From Octopus sinensis (taxonomy: Eukaryota): a stretch of 64,000 nt of DNA. The stretch is from assembly GCF_006345805.1 (NCBI RefSeq), contig NC_043005.1, positions 69,998,001 to 70,062,000 on the forward strand, given 5' to 3'. The position numbers and the translations under genes are program-made. Below are positions 26,481-39,883 of this stretch, piece after piece (the first letter of the stretch is position 1; each line of letters begins with the position of its first letter). The notes beneath the pieces are model-generated. The model ran no database searches. It saw only the letters and a program-made list of their open reading frames with translations, and was not told the DNA's origin.

Positions 26481-27294
26481 TGCATCCGTTGTATTGTGAA
26501 ATGTCAATTTTAAATACACGTTCAAGTGTTCTATATGAAAACTACTGTCACTCTGACACGAATTATTAGCGGTAAGCTTTCTTGACGTAAACAAATTCAT
26601 CTCCCTTTTGATATGTTGCTTTTCTTATAGTCTTTGACCTGCTATGTTTAACAGGTGTAGTACCAATCACTATATAGAAATTTACATAATTTCCAAACAC
26701 TGCATAACCACGTGTAAAAAGGATTTTGCTAAGTCATTCCCCATTACAATTATTCTTTCTTTTCGATGACAGTGTTTATTACCAGATCTTCGATGCTGTC
26801 CAGGTGAACAAATTTAGTCGTATTTTCGAAAGACTCAATGAAATTCTCCTAATATAAAACTTTAGCTGATCACTGTAGTCATATGCTAGATTATACTCTC
26901 GAAGCTAGCTTCCAAAATTTGCCCACATCTGCGTTATACAAAATATTGACAGCATCATATATACATTGTAAATCATAGAAGTATAAAGGTAAAAGCAGTG
27001 CATCTTAATGAATGTGGTTACTCCGAATTAAAAAAAATTAATATAAAATGATTATTTTATTAATTTAACTGATATGCGTTATCATCTTGATTGATACTAT
27101 ATAAACGTTCAAGCTGACATCCTTTTTACCAGCACTGACATCTGTGTAGATGCGTGGTTAATTATTTCATCCTGCATTGAGAACAAAACGAAAAAGTACA
27201 ATCTTTGCATCCGTTTGCATCTATGCAAAAATATCTTTTACAAACTACGAAAACCTCATTATGTTTTGCGCGTATTTTGTGAATATCTTCTAGG

Positions 27295-27452
27295 CTGAAA
27301 ATTTTGGATAGGGGGGAGGGCTATGGACCCCAGCATTCAACTGGAAATTATTTTATGGACCCCAAAAGTGATTAAAGTCAAAGGTAACCTCAGCCAAATT
27401 CGAACACTGAAATTAAAGACAGACGAAATGGCGCAAAGTATTTATATTGTCC
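27295..27452 (-). mobile_element. Decayed SINE family A fragment, near-duplicated at 30756-30905
   Basis: Shares the string GAAATTATTTTATGGACCC.AAAAGTGATTAAAGTCAAAGG.AACCTCAGCCAAATTCGAACACTGAAATTAA, not seen in other copies here. Confidence 0.75.
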
Positions 27453-27494
27453 AAACATGGACAGACAAACGGAGTAAGTCGATCATATCCACCC

Positions 27495-27645
27495 CCAGAG
27501 CGTAACCGGTACTTATTTAATCGATCCCGAATGGAGGAAAGGCAAAGTCGACCTCGGCAGAATTTGAACTCAGAACGTAGCTGCAGACGAAATACCGCTA
27601 AGCATTTCGCCGGCGTGCTAACGTTTCTGCCAGCTCGCCACCTTC
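27495..27645 (-). mobile_element. SINE family A
   Basis: GGCAAAGTCGACCTCGGCAGAATTTGAACTCAGAACGTA..TTCTGCCAGCTCGCC. Confidence 0.85.
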
Positions 27646-28701
27646 AATGGCGCTAAGTATTTTGTCCACAGTACCAACAACTCTGCGAGCTCGCTATTCT
27701 AGTAGTGAGGATTATATTCTAAGCTAACTTTGTCATATTATTATAGAATGCTGAACACATATCTGCTGGTTTCCCTTTGAATCAAAATATAATTAAATGA
27801 TTGCAAGCAGTGGAGTTGCTGCAGAAAAACTGTACTGTTTACATACAACTCCTTATGGCACACTTGATATTCTGTATCTCGCATGACTTAATTCATATGT
27901 AGTTGATAACTTCAAATCAACTCTGCCAGTAAAGATACGAATGCTTATTTACACTTGTACGCTGCTCACATACTTTTTTCCTCCATCATTCCTCCCACCT
28001 TCTCTTCCTCTCTTTCTTCATTTGCTCTCTGCCTTCTGTTACTACTTATTCTCTTCCCCCCTATTTCCTCTCTTGCTCTTTTATATTATTTCTCAGCTCC
28101 CTATGCTACGTAATATTGATATTTCAGAAATGCACCACCTGATATTCATAAGATATTTTACCTTTCGTAATGGCCTTCTGTACAGAAGCATAAACAGCAA
28201 AGATACTTCTAAAAGGAATTGCATTCAGTATATCTTTGTGAATGTCCATTTTTTTATTTATTTATTTCGTTAGCATATATTTATTTGCATGCCTAGAGTA
28301 ATGTTCTGCGAAAAAGCTTACAGCGAAGAGATACGATAAACCTGAGATTACAGTACTTATCTACTACGGACTTCTTCATAAATCCAAACATTACTGATCC
28401 AGTGTTATTATTAAAACCTGAGGGGAAAATGAACGTGATGAATGCTTAACGCTTTTCTACTGCACGCACACAATTATCCTGTGAACGCACTCATACGGAC
28501 GCAGGTATGCGCAAAAGAATGCATTAGTATGTATACCCATTATCTGCAACATTCTGGTATCAAATATTTCCTGCAATATATTCTCAGAGTTGAAATATTG
28601 CAGCAATTAAGACCATAATTCCATATTTCAAATTCCAAAACAGTGACTTGGTGCTGCAGTTATTAATTATGATGATAATGATCAGGAGGACGCGGTTACT
28701 G

Positions 28702-28745
28702 CAATAATAATAATAATGATAATAATAATAATAATAATAATGATG

Positions 28746-28832
<87 letters not shown>

Positions 28833-28909
28833 GTAATAATAACAACAACAATAATAATAATAGCAGTAATAATAATAATAATAATAATAACAATAACAAC
28901 AACAACAGC

Positions 28910-28940
<31 letters not shown>
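28702..28940 (+). repeat. (AAT)n array with AAC/GAT variants
   Basis: Direct reading. Confidence 0.95.
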
Positions 28941-28941
28941 T

Positions 28942-29203
28942 CATGCATTAGGCATGATAAAAAAATACCATGCATTAGGCATGATAAAAAAATATTCAGA
29001 CAAATACATAACAAAAACACCAGGACTTACAAACACATATAACATAGAGAAAATTGCACTACAAGGCACTGCACACATCCTACGCAGAACACTTTCCATA
29101 CAATAACCATCAGAGCATCACAACAAATCACAGCACATACCCAAGGCACCCAGAGCTGCGCTCGGTAGTGAAATGAAAGCACGCTATAAAAATAAAACTA
29201 CTG
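28942..29203 (+). mobile_element. 5'-truncated copy of the same Dong family as 865-4837
   Basis: Nearly identical to the reverse complement of 865-1100; (AAT)n on both sides. Confidence 0.92.
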
Positions 29204-29329
29204 AATAATAATAATAATAATTCAAAAAAATTTTTTTTTTAAATAGTAATAATAATAATAAATGCCGTGTAGCCACTGCTGAAAAAACACGAAGAAGGCC
29301 GGCGTCATCAAAACTGAAAATTGTATAAC

Positions 29330-29910
29330 TAAAGAAAAATTTTAACAAGAAATAAAGAAAAGAAAAGAAATTGTACGCTCAACTAGCATTAGATGAGAAC
29401 GCTAAGAGAGATGCACAGGAATGGTGACTATGGATGAGGAGGAGTGACTTAAAGATAGAGGGAGAAGCACTCGTGCGCAGCTCAGGAAGAAGCATTAAAG
29501 ACCAACTATATGAAGTGCAGTATAGACAACACTACCGATAGTTACAAATGAAGAATATGTGGTGAGAGGAGTGAAACAGTATAGCACATCGTTAGTGAAT
29601 GTTCGATGTTGGCACAACGTGAATAAAAAAGAGGCCATGACAATATTGCAAGTATGTCCCATTGGGAACTGTACGGAAATCATGACCTACAAAGAGCAAA
29701 GGCTTGGTATGAGTAACCCCAAAAAGATTCACCGAAAATGACAACTGCAAAATCCTGTGCAGTGCAATGATCCAGTGCGATCAGCGGGCCAGACATCGGA
29801 AACCGGACATTGTCGTGATGAATAGAAATGGAAAGAAAATATATGATAGTCGACAGAGCATGCTTGGTGACAACAGGATCAACGTGAATGAAGGTGAAAC
29901 ATAAACAACT
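29330..29910 (+). pseudogene. Old RLE-LINE (Dong/R4-like) C-terminal fragment of a different subfamily
   Basis: Degenerate RSDLKIE.EAL..AAQEEAL.TNY..CRICGE..ETV.HIVSEC..HD..HRKPDIVV. Confidence 0.7.
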
Positions 29911-29914
29911 ATGT

Positions 29915-31245
29915 TTGTTTTAAAATTTGAGATTACAAGACAGTATTCTACGGAGGATATGTGCCGTTCCCATGAGCACTATCTTTTGAATTTCTGCCCT
30001 TTGGGGGGGGGGCTGGTATGTGAACTAATTAACAATCAGCACCTTTTGCTATCATTCCTAGAGCACTTATGACAACAGGTATTGTTTTAGTTTTGAGGTT
30101 CCACATTTGCCAATTTCTATTTCAAGATCTTTATACTTGCTCAGTTTTTTGTAGATCTTGACAGATACAATTATGTTGATTGGGACAATCATATCAATGA
30201 GGAGGTATGATTTTTTCTGAAGTCTTTCAGTATAATGTCTGGCCTATTCGCATCTATCTTTCTGTCTGTTTGAAGGGTGAAGTTCCAGAGGAGTGAGATG
30301 GGATCATTTTCAAGCATGGGAGGTGGTTTGTGTTCCCAACAATCTATTTTATATCATGGGGCAGGTCCAGGTTTTTTAAAATTATCCACTGAATATATTG
30401 TGCAGTTCTATCATGCCTGTTGTGATACTCTATAGGCGCAAGAAGACTGCACATGGAGACAACATGATAATGGTTTCATTTAATTATTGACGTACACGAC
30501 ATGTTGGGCTACTGCCGTTCTTTGATTTTGCCTGGTAGATTCTTGTAGGTAGGCATTGATCGTGAAGCTACGATAAACTCTTCTGTTTTTAACTTTAACC
30601 AGAAGACTCTAACCATTGATGGATAAGGGTTAGTCAACATCGGCATTATTATTTCACTTTGGGTATTTGTCATTGACAGATTTTTCTTGCTATTTATCAG
30701 TAAGACTATCTAAGGCAGCAGTTTTAGCACGGGTTTTCATACGCTTTTTCTGAGACTGAAACTTTTGGATGGTGGGGTGTGGCCTATCGACCCCAGAATT
30801 CAACTGGAAATTATTTTATGGACCCAAAAAGTGATTAAAGTCAAAGGAAACCTCAGCCAAATTCGAACACTGAAATTAACGACAGACGAAATGTCGCTAA
30901 GTATTTCTATTTCTTTACTGCCTACAAGGCTTAGCTTTTTCTGTGATTGCTTCCAGTGCGTCTATCCCTTTGCCTGTTTTGTTACTAAGTATGATTCTTT
31001 CTTGTTTTCGTGCTTTAAAATGAGTTTTAACATCCAATCACCAGATTTTTTCAGGTAGGTATTAAGGTCAATTGTGGAAATCTTCATTGTTAGTACCAGT
31101 TGTATAAGTCAACGGCCACCCTCTTTTCTTGGCGACTAAAGTTGTTCTCTATCTGCCTTAGGGTGGTGCATTCTATGCTTTGTCGACAAATTTCGTATTT
31201 TTCTGTCAAGATTACATATTTCAGTAATTGACCAGTTCATGATAT
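29915..31245 (-). pseudogene. Old Dong/R4-like 3' region interrupted by a SINE piece
   Basis: MHHPKAD, QTDRKIDANRPDII, SKYKDLEIE, ALGMIAK and GTAHILRR motifs in order. Confidence 0.8.
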
Positions 31246-31749
31246 TGAACTACGTGAAAGTTACTGAACACACTCTCATGCATGTGAAAACACGTTGCAC
31301 AAACGACGCAAGACCACAAAAAAAAACGAAACAAGAATATTTCTAGAAACTTTCTCAAAGTAACACAGCCAGAGTGAACAATTTATAAGTTTAAAACTCC
31401 ACAAAAAATCTATACACGAAGATAAATCTATCAACAAAACAAATGACGAATACAAATCTGTAAGCCTTAAGAATCTACGTTACGAGTAATGTTTCCATAC
31501 AGAGAACTCGGAGACGGTGTTGACTCAAAAAGTTAAGCCTAAACAGACAGATCCGTCACCTAATGTCAATTTACAACCTCGTCAATAATAACAAAGCAAC
31601 ATACAACCCGAATTTGTCTTCAACTGGATCACCAAGGACCACGTACTCGAATGATGAACCAGATTCGAGTCGAAAATATCAGCTACTGGTTCAAATCTTC
31701 CCGAAACACAGGAGCTTGAAGTATCCTACAACCATAATATTCTAACAGA

Positions 31750-32720
31750 TGACCATCCATGCTCATCATCAAATAGTCAAAAGAAAATGAATAAAAACGT
31801 GTGTAAGGGAAATAAAAAGAACTTCTTACGGCCTTCTACCATGCCATATATTTTTTACAAAAAGTCAAATACTGTACAAACCTACTTAAACCGGAGGCAG
31901 AAACACCTTGAAGTAAGACCCTACATAGACAGTAACAAATTTTCCGTCGTCAGAAGAAACATTATGAAAAAGATATTACTAACTGAATTAGAGATTGACC
32001 AAATTAAACAATCAGTAAGGGATAAAAGCAAAGAAGCTGCAACTTAAGAAGTAGCAAGAGAAAATATTTATAGACAAGCCCAGGGCTGATGAGAGTGCAA
32101 TAATGACTGAAGGAGTTAATGTAACTGATAAGCAAAGTGAATTACTCTCTGAACCAACCATAAACACTAAGTCAAATAAAAATCAAATAGATGAAGAAAG
32201 TCACACAGAATCTGCCCAACAGAACTACATGATCTAACAAATCAAATCATGATTGAATGGCTGAAAATTAAAGAAACCAGTAGGAATGAACGCGACACTC
32301 TACCATAAATTCGCAATTCTAACGAAAACCTGAAAATAATTGGTAAAATACCCCTTGGATATAAAGATATGATTTCAGCTAATGATGTTGATATTACAGA
32401 TCGCAATCACCTGTACTATGCATCCGCAAACATCTTAACGGTTCTATGTGTTGAAAAGATTAGAAAACGACAACATTCCCACGAGAAGCCTACTGGGAGG
32501 AGCGCATTCAACACCAAATTCAGCTACTTAGGTCTGACATAGACTGTTTAAAAATCATGAAGTTTGTCAATACTATCAAACCAACAAAACCCGAAAATTT
32601 AATAAAAAAGATAGGATGAAAACCATATTTGATATGGTTAGCACCATATAAACCATCAAGCCAAAGGTATGTTCTAAAGCAGCTCGCATAGGAAGGTATG
32701 AAAAGCGCGTTAGATTTTCA
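31750..32720 (+). pseudogene. Old Dong/R4-like N-terminal region
   Basis: SNKFSVVRRNIMKKILLTELEIDQIK corresponds to PNKLANVRRYILKAKKISEIEIEHLK of the 3306-4445 ORF; also a KAARIGRYEKRVRF-like motif. Confidence 0.7.
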
Positions 32721-32734
32721 AGGACACCATATGT

Positions 32735-32945
32735 TAAGGTGCCGAGATAGTAGAATTGCTAGCACACGAGCAAATATGTTTTGCGTTATTTCGTTCTACT
32801 TCATGTTTCTAATTCAAATAGCACGGAGATTGACGTTGCCTTTCAACATTTTGGAGTCGATGAAATAAGATTAGAACTCTGTGTTCGATGTAATCGATTT
32901 ATTTCCTTACCAGGCTTACTGGGCTTTTGCCAAAATCTGAAACCA
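32735..32945 (+). mobile_element. Decayed SINE family A
   Basis: GTTGCCTTTCAACATTTTGGAGTCGATGAAATAAG..GATGTAATCGATTT. Confidence 0.65.
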
Positions 32946-33036
32946 GCACCAGCACTACCCCACACCCACCTCTAGTACTACTACTACCACCACCACCACT
33001 ACCACTACTACCACTACTACTACTACTATTATTATT

Positions 33037-33295
33037 GCGTGTGAGAGCTGTGAATGACATCACAGTGACTGGGGTAAAATATACGTAGCTCAATATACCC
33101 ATCATGACTACCCCTGTGGTGAGGTCACCCCAGGCACATGCATCACAACCATATGTGCGTGACATGGGGAACTCATACCAAGATAAACAGCGTCAACGAA
33201 ACAGGTGAACGAAACATCCATGTTTCCAGAGGTGAATTATTCAAATGCCAAAGAATTCCTCACAACACATAGCTATAATGCTCCCCCATTACTTC
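33037..33295 (-). mobile_element. 3' end of the second (TAA)-tailed RLE-LINE family
   Basis: Homologous to 16704-17020; abuts (CTA)n(TTA)n at about 32975-33036. Confidence 0.55.
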
Positions 33296-33421
33296 TGCTT
33301 GGGATCAGAGGTGCAGATATCGTCAGCCATAAGGGTCATCCTCAACGGTTTAAAGTTAAACAACCAACAAGCAAATTTGTGATATTAAGCAGAATATTTG
33401 CAGTAGCGCATCTTATTATAT

Positions 33422-34474
33422 TGTTATGAGTTTTGGTTAGTGCAGTATTTCTGACCCACTTTTGGGTGTGGCGCCGGCACGTCTGGAAGAAAAGTAACAG
33501 TCCTTTGTTTACTGGGAGACTGATGGCTTTTGGATGGACCTTTCTGGTCTTGTGCGGTCGATTAGAGGTCGTTCTAAACACCCCTTGAAGAAGAGGAAGG
33601 AAAGTGGTGAGACAGATAGAGTAGGGAATCTAAGAGCAGATAGAGAGGGTATTGGCAGTAAGAGAGGATGAGGGGCAGAGAGAAGAAAAGTAGTGAGAGA
33701 GATAGAGTATAAGGCTAAGGGACAGATTGAGGCGATAGAGATAGGCAGTAGGGGAGCAGGGCAGTTAGAGAGGAAGTGAGGTCTTGGCAGTTGGGAGTCG
33801 GTCGTGAAAGAGCACAGACGGATCTTGGAAGTCGGCAAGGTGTTGGAATCTTAGGAGCAAGCAAGTTGGGATGCAGGAGTTTGGCAAGCTGGATTTAGCA
33901 GTATTGAGGGAGAGATGGAGTGCAAGATGGGACACTGGCGATTCTAATGAGGAATTAAGGTATTTGATTATGTATTGATACGTGTCACGATGTATTGGAC
34001 AGTGAAAAGAAATGAACAGTGAAAAGAACAGTAAAGGACTTGTTGATGTGACGTTATCTGTGATGTTTAGAAAAATACTCTAAAGAACTGTGTCTTCGGA
34101 CGTGTACTTTTGAAACACTGTTATATTGTTACATGCATGTTTAAATGCTTTGATCTGTTGCTGATATATATGACTTGTTGTGTCGTTACTGGACTGTTGT
34201 ATGATGTATTGAGTAGTCACGTGCATGTCTTCCTTTAAATGTTTGCCTTAAATGCTTTGATGTTGTAACCATTGATTGTCGTATAAACTAGTTGTTAAAT
34301 GTAAGCCAGTGTTGCCTTGCCTCTGTGCCTCTGTATCTCTCTGTGCTGCTGCGGTTGTTGTTGTTGTGTCTCTCCTCTCCTATCTCCGACGAGTTTCCGT
34401 GGCGAGAACATTCGCTGATCGAGTCGGGCCTGTCTGAGGGATTCCGTACAGTTTTCGGAGGTCTCCTCGTAACA
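33422..34474. mobile_element. Solo LTR (Gypsy-like), 1053 bp
   Basis: Termini TGTTATGAG...CTCGTAACA (8/9 inverted match) with a 4-bp TSD ATAT at 33418-33421 and 34475-34478. Confidence 0.8.
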
Positions 34475-34557
34475 ATATCAAGTCAAAATATGTACATGAT
34501 AACACTTTCATTCAGTTAAGATCAGAAACCATGGTCAGAACCAGTGCCTGGTACTGC

Positions 34558-34559
34558 TT

Positions 34560-34658
<99 letters not shown>

Positions 34659-34660
34659 CA
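34558..34660 (+). repeat. (ACT)n(AAT)n microsatellite
   Basis: Direct reading. Confidence 0.95.
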
Positions 34661-35904
34661 ACACTGTACTTTGACAAAATCTTTACCACGCCGGACCAAA
34701 TTCTTAGCGGCATTTCTTCCTCTTTAATGTTCTTAGTTCAACTTCCTTGAGGATAAGTTTGTTTTTTTATCACATCGTAGTCAATAAAAGAGAAGCGATG
34801 ATTTTACAAGAAGAAATAGCTTTTGTTTTCTACGAAAAATTACTTTCTTACAAAGCATCGTCTGTAGTCTGTAGCCTCCAATACGGAAACTACAAGAAGG
34901 AAAAAATACCGGGTATATTTTATATTTAGACACATTTTTCTTTCCTATTTTTTTCTTCCCACTTAACCGACAAACGACGGAGCGCTACTTTAATTACTAT
35001 GCAACATATAATACAATCACGAACAGAATAAAAATTCAGCCGTTTTGACACAACTGAGTATAAACCTTGTCATCATCATCAATATCATTAAGAGTATACT
35101 TGCACGTGTGGTTCTAGGTTTAAACTGGAAAACCAATAGATTGGGATTTGCAATTTTGTAAACGAACAGGCAAACCTTTCGCATGAATTTTTTACAATAG
35201 TTTCGCAGCATTATACAAGTAATTACAGAATCTCTGAAGAAAGAAAACAATCGCACCTCTGACTCGCGAAATACAGAACAGGATTTTTAATACTATGGAA
35301 ACAAAAATAAGAGGTGTCGTTAGAAAATGCTTTAAGTAAGATATCTTTTGATGGAAGAGGTGGGGTATACTGTACTGTATGTCGTTTGTTAAACATGATT
35401 CTCGTGGGAAACTCTTGATTAAATAGCACGTGAGCCATTTACGCCTTGGTTGGATACGGGTAATGCAAGCTTCATCTAAAGGATATCGGTCATTAAGTGA
35501 TTTATTTAGTAATACATATGCAAGTGATAAGCGCAAATGTAACATTTGGCGATATGTGGTATAGTAGGATATACAGAGATAAACAAATCTTCGGGAACCC
35601 GCAAGAACGTAATTCAAAGTAGAGAGAGGAAAAGATTATATATCAGCATATAAAGTAGGCAATCTGGTTCTTACTGAAGCGGAAGCAAACATCATTAAAT
35701 AACATCTACAGGGGAAGATCAATGAATAAAAACAGCAAAAAAGATCATGGATGTTGTCCTAGGTTCACATGGCGCAAAAATAAAGGATTATCCAAATAAT
35801 CTGAGTGATTTGATTAAAATGTAAAATGGCTCCTTTATTGTATCTTTCCCAGATTGACGGAATGCTACCTTGGGTAGGATTTGAACTCGACACATACATC
35901 AAAG

Positions 35905-36210
35905 TATGAAAGGATGAAATGCAAAGTCGACCTCGACGGAATTTGAACTCAGAACGTAACGACAGACAAGATACCTATTTCTTTATTACCCACAAGGGGT
36001 TAAACATAGAGGGGACAAACAAGGACAGACATAGGCATTAAGTCGATTACATCGACCCCAGTGCGTAAATGGTACTTAATTTATCGACCCCAAAAGGATG
36101 AAAGGCAAAGTCGACCTTGGCGGAATTTGAACTCACAACGTAACGACAGACAAGATACCGCTACGCATTTCGTCCGGCGTGCTAAGGATTCTGCTAACTC
36201 TCCGCTTTAG
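35905..36210 (-). mobile_element. SINE family A tandem with tail module
   Basis: Two bodies separated by TATTTCTTTATTACCCACAAGGGGTTAAACATAGAGGGGACAAAC. Confidence 0.85.
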
Positions 36211-37904
36211 AAGATGAGTGATTCGAGCTCAAAACTGCATTCCATGTTTGTGATACATGATTCCCTGTGTTAGAGTGATAAATGGGATGATCAAGAATCG
36301 AGAGGAATTGCTGAAGTGTGAATGTCCCACAGATATTTCCCCTTGATACATTGGCATCAATTACCAATGGAAAGTGATACCATGAAAAGTAGCAACCTCT
36401 AAATTATTTCACAAAAGACACTCTATATATATGGTAATTTTCAAAAGATGTTTTATGGGCGATCAATATGAGGCGATTAATATAACGAAAACTATCGCCC
36501 ACGCCATCAACATGCTTACGTAGAATAAGCTATATATAGTAATTTGTAAGAAGTAGATCTGCTGAAAAAAGTGGAAGGTTCAACGATAAATAGTCTAATG
36601 AAACAATGGGTTCTTCAATAATAATACTCATGTGGACAATCCACAAAATTGTAATTATGAAAAGTGTGCATTTGCGTGTATGTAATATTTTTACATATAT
36701 ATGTGTGGATGTATGATTGAATTTCCTCACGGACGAGAGAAGTAGAAATGGAGAGAAAGAACGTCTATAGTAGTTGTATATTTCTGAATGGGCTACGTGC
36801 ATTCGTTATGCACATTGTATTCCTATTTGTTCAAAATACCAAGGAGACTGAAAAAGTTAAAATATAATATAATAGAAGCAATGCTACTGAATAACAAAAA
36901 TAATAATGGATAACAGATGAACATAAAAGCTAAACATGAACAACTATAATAAGATGTATAATAATTATACAAATAATTACATAATTATTGTCACAATAAT
37001 AATAAAATAATGCCAATGCTAATGTTAATAACAATTACAAAAGTATAAATATTTATTATAAATATATTTACAATTATTTTTTCAGTGTTTTGTTCTTCCC
37101 CACTTTTATTCTTGCTAACGAGAATCAATTGTAAACAATATTACAGCGTCTTAAAACTGTTAATTCGTTAATTTGTTATTGTTTTAGTAGGTGTTTTACA
37201 AAGTGGTCAATTGAAAATTCTAATATTTATATGATTTGCACAAAGCAATTTCTTTTCGTTTCATGTTGCTATGATGCGTACTTTTATTGGATTCATTCAT
37301 TTCTTATCATTAATATTTAAAACCATTATTTTCCGAAATTAATCATTATTTTCACAGCTATAACCAATCTGGAAAATTTCCAATATTAGCTGGAAATATA
37401 ATGTTTTCTAATATAAGTAGGCTCACGATTTTAGGTATAGCTTCAACATTTAGTTATTGTGTAGCATGTAAGGTTTGGGTAATCCGTGGATATTTATTAG
37501 TACAAGCCAATGGTAAAATCTTGTGTGTTGAGAGTTAAATATAAGAAAATAATTGCAGCGTAATATTACCGCTGAAATGTCAATATTGGAACCTGGCTGG
37601 GGTCATCTTCTTCTTCCAATCAGGACTCACGCCATTAGCCACAAAGAATAATCTCTAATTCGAGCCTACTCTAAGCTACCAAGAATGCGTGTGGCAACTT
37701 GAAGATCCACCCACCACACGCGATAGACTGGCGGTTGCACGGACGCGAAAGCTACATTGTTATCCTAATTCCGTAAACGATGGCTTTTAACAGATGGAGA
37801 GCTGAACCATCCTGGGGTACAGAGGAGTCGAAATCTAGACTAGAGTCTGAAAGTTTACCACACCATAGTGGGTTACACCATGGTTCCTCTGCTTTGTGGC
37901 AGAA

Positions 37905-38095
37905 GTAGGAAGAAAGAGTGAGAGAAATTTGTGGTGAAAGAGTACAGCGGGTTTCACCACTCCTCCCCGCCGGAGCTTCGTAGAGCTTAGGTGTTTTTGC
38001 TCAATAAACACTCACAATGCCCGGTATGGGAGTCGAAACCGCGTTTTTACGACAGCGAGTCTGCTGTCCTAACCACTGGGCCATTGCGTCTCACC
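37905..38095 (-). mobile_element. SINE of the same type as 21652 (5' part)
   Basis: Reverse of CAATGGCCCAGTGGTTAGGACAGC..GAGCAAAAACACCTAAGCTC. Confidence 0.75.
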
Positions 38096-38729
38096 CTGGC
38101 TGTGCCAAATCTTCCTTAGATACCTCAAACCGTTTTGAACGAGGGAAGTTTCATCTGATAATGTAGTCAGATACAGTGTTAGTCTAAAAAAATACTTAAT
38201 GTTTATTACTAATATGATTTATGTAAACTTAGATATGTTTCGACCAAAGATTGGTCCAGGCCATGTCTAACTTAATAGCACCACCTGATAGGATTATTCG
38301 AATCCTGTTTAAGTCAAGTTTTGTATAAATATTTAATGAAAATAAATCTTCGAGAACATGGATAGAAATATTTGAATACCTGAGATTGTATCTCTTGGCG
38401 ATATACTAAAAACAGTAACTAATCTTCACTCAAATCGTATTCTGTCACCTAAAATTTGGGAAGGAAGCATTGAATAAGTAGATTCGGACAAACTACATTT
38501 GATCAAAAGCATCATATTTGCTCCTGGAACTTCAATGATAAAAACATCTAATGGGCTACTTATAGCTGAGCAATACATCACTGAACAAATTACCACCACC
38601 AACAACAACCGATTTTTATATAGGCAGCATGACCAGAATAATATTTGTACCTTTGGTACAAAGTCTGCAATTTAGAGGTAGGGACAAATTTATTATATTG
38701 ACTTCAGTGCTCAGCTGAGGATGAAAGAC

Positions 38730-39392
38730 TTCATATCATATCACAATCTTCTGACAGTTTCTGGAGTTATAACCTGGTTCATTTAGAGGTTTGCGAGAAT
38801 ATTTGTTCTGACTTTTGCGTCCTTTTTAGTATTAAGTCCATGAATAAAAATCAGACACTTCAACGAGTCCGAAGTTAGTTTATGCCGTTTAAATCTATCA
38901 CATTCTCTGTTAACTCTATTCGCATATGTGCCAAAATCATCGCTTTTCTCCGTGTTCAAACAATTCCAATGTATCTAGAAGAGAGATCTTTTCATTTAAT
39001 TTCTTACATAAAATGTCAAATCTGTCCATGAAATGTATTTCCGAAACATTTTAGGCAATATATACTTACAGTATTTCTCATGATCTATCGTCAGCGGTTT
39101 CTTCAGAATTAGACGCGTTTTCATTTCCACAGTCCAGTCCTGGCATTGCTTTTCGAAAATTTGTTCATATCTTTGATAATACGCCTCCAAGTGACTCCTT
39201 CTTCCGGATCATATTTAAATTCATTTATTGAATTTGCTACACGGTCTGCCGAAAGCGTATTTCCGGTTTATTTACCAACTTCAATATTTGTAGCATTCGT
39301 TGCTATAATAATTGTTGTTATTCCTGTTTTTCTTTGAGTTGCTTTTGTTGCTGTTTTTGCAAGTCAACTAGAATTTCTAATAACTTTTCCAT
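38730..39392 (-). pseudogene. Gypsy gag remnant
   Basis: MEKLLEIL..; NSINEFKYDPEEGVT/EAYYQRYEQIF..EHEKY-like (DHEKYCKYILPK); YANRVNRECDRF..LKCLIFIHGL..KDAKVR; frameshifted. Confidence 0.75.
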
Positions 39393-39557
39393 AATTTTAC
39401 GGTTATTTCGTAAATTATGTACCACGATAATGTTTGTTACTCTTCTGTCGAGTTTTTAATTTCTCCAAGTGAAAAAGGTTTCAACGGCGTCCGCGAGAAT
39501 TGCTTATATTCTCTATGAAAGAATTTGTTTTCAACGTTGTCCGCGTGAATTGTTTAT

Positions 39558-39570
39558 ACCCTCGTCGCCA
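39558..39570 (-). promoter_or_regulatory. Primer-binding site complementary to the tRNA-Ser(GCU) 3' end
   Basis: Minus strand TGGCGACGAGGGT, 1 nt after the LTR end TTATAACA; complementary to the ..CCCUCGUCGCCA 3' end of tRNA-Ser(GCU) (tRNA sequence recalled, not searched). Confidence 0.75.
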
Positions 39571-39571
39571 C

Positions 39572-39883
39572 TGTTATAATATGGATCCTCGTCTGCTTGA
39601 ATGCTATTGTCGGCGCTGTGAAATTCTTGTCTTCACTCTTATGCTTTGGCCTTATTCTTCGTCTTATTATCTTTGAATTCTCTATCATGCTATCGTAGAT
39701 AGCTCCGCAAGGCAATGACTTTGAAACATCTACCTTTGCGGTAACTCGAACTCATACATTTCACGTACCTGACACTGCCTCAAACTGAGAACTCGTACAA
39801 CGACTCTTCTACTATCGACCTGCTACAACGATTGACTTCCTAGCTTTATAGCTGGAAGGGGAGTACCATTTTTCATTACAACA
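39572..39883 (-). mobile_element. 5' LTR (312 bp) of the Gypsy remnant
   Basis: Minus-strand termini TGTTGTAA...TTATAACA; TATAAA near the 5' end; followed by PBS and gag. Confidence 0.7.

Noticed and set aside
38426-38608. Signal-peptide-like ORF MLLVVVICSVMYCSAIS..
   Set aside because: TTG start, no ATG or acceptor upstream in frame, upstream sequence is a SINE remnant, and no recognizable family.
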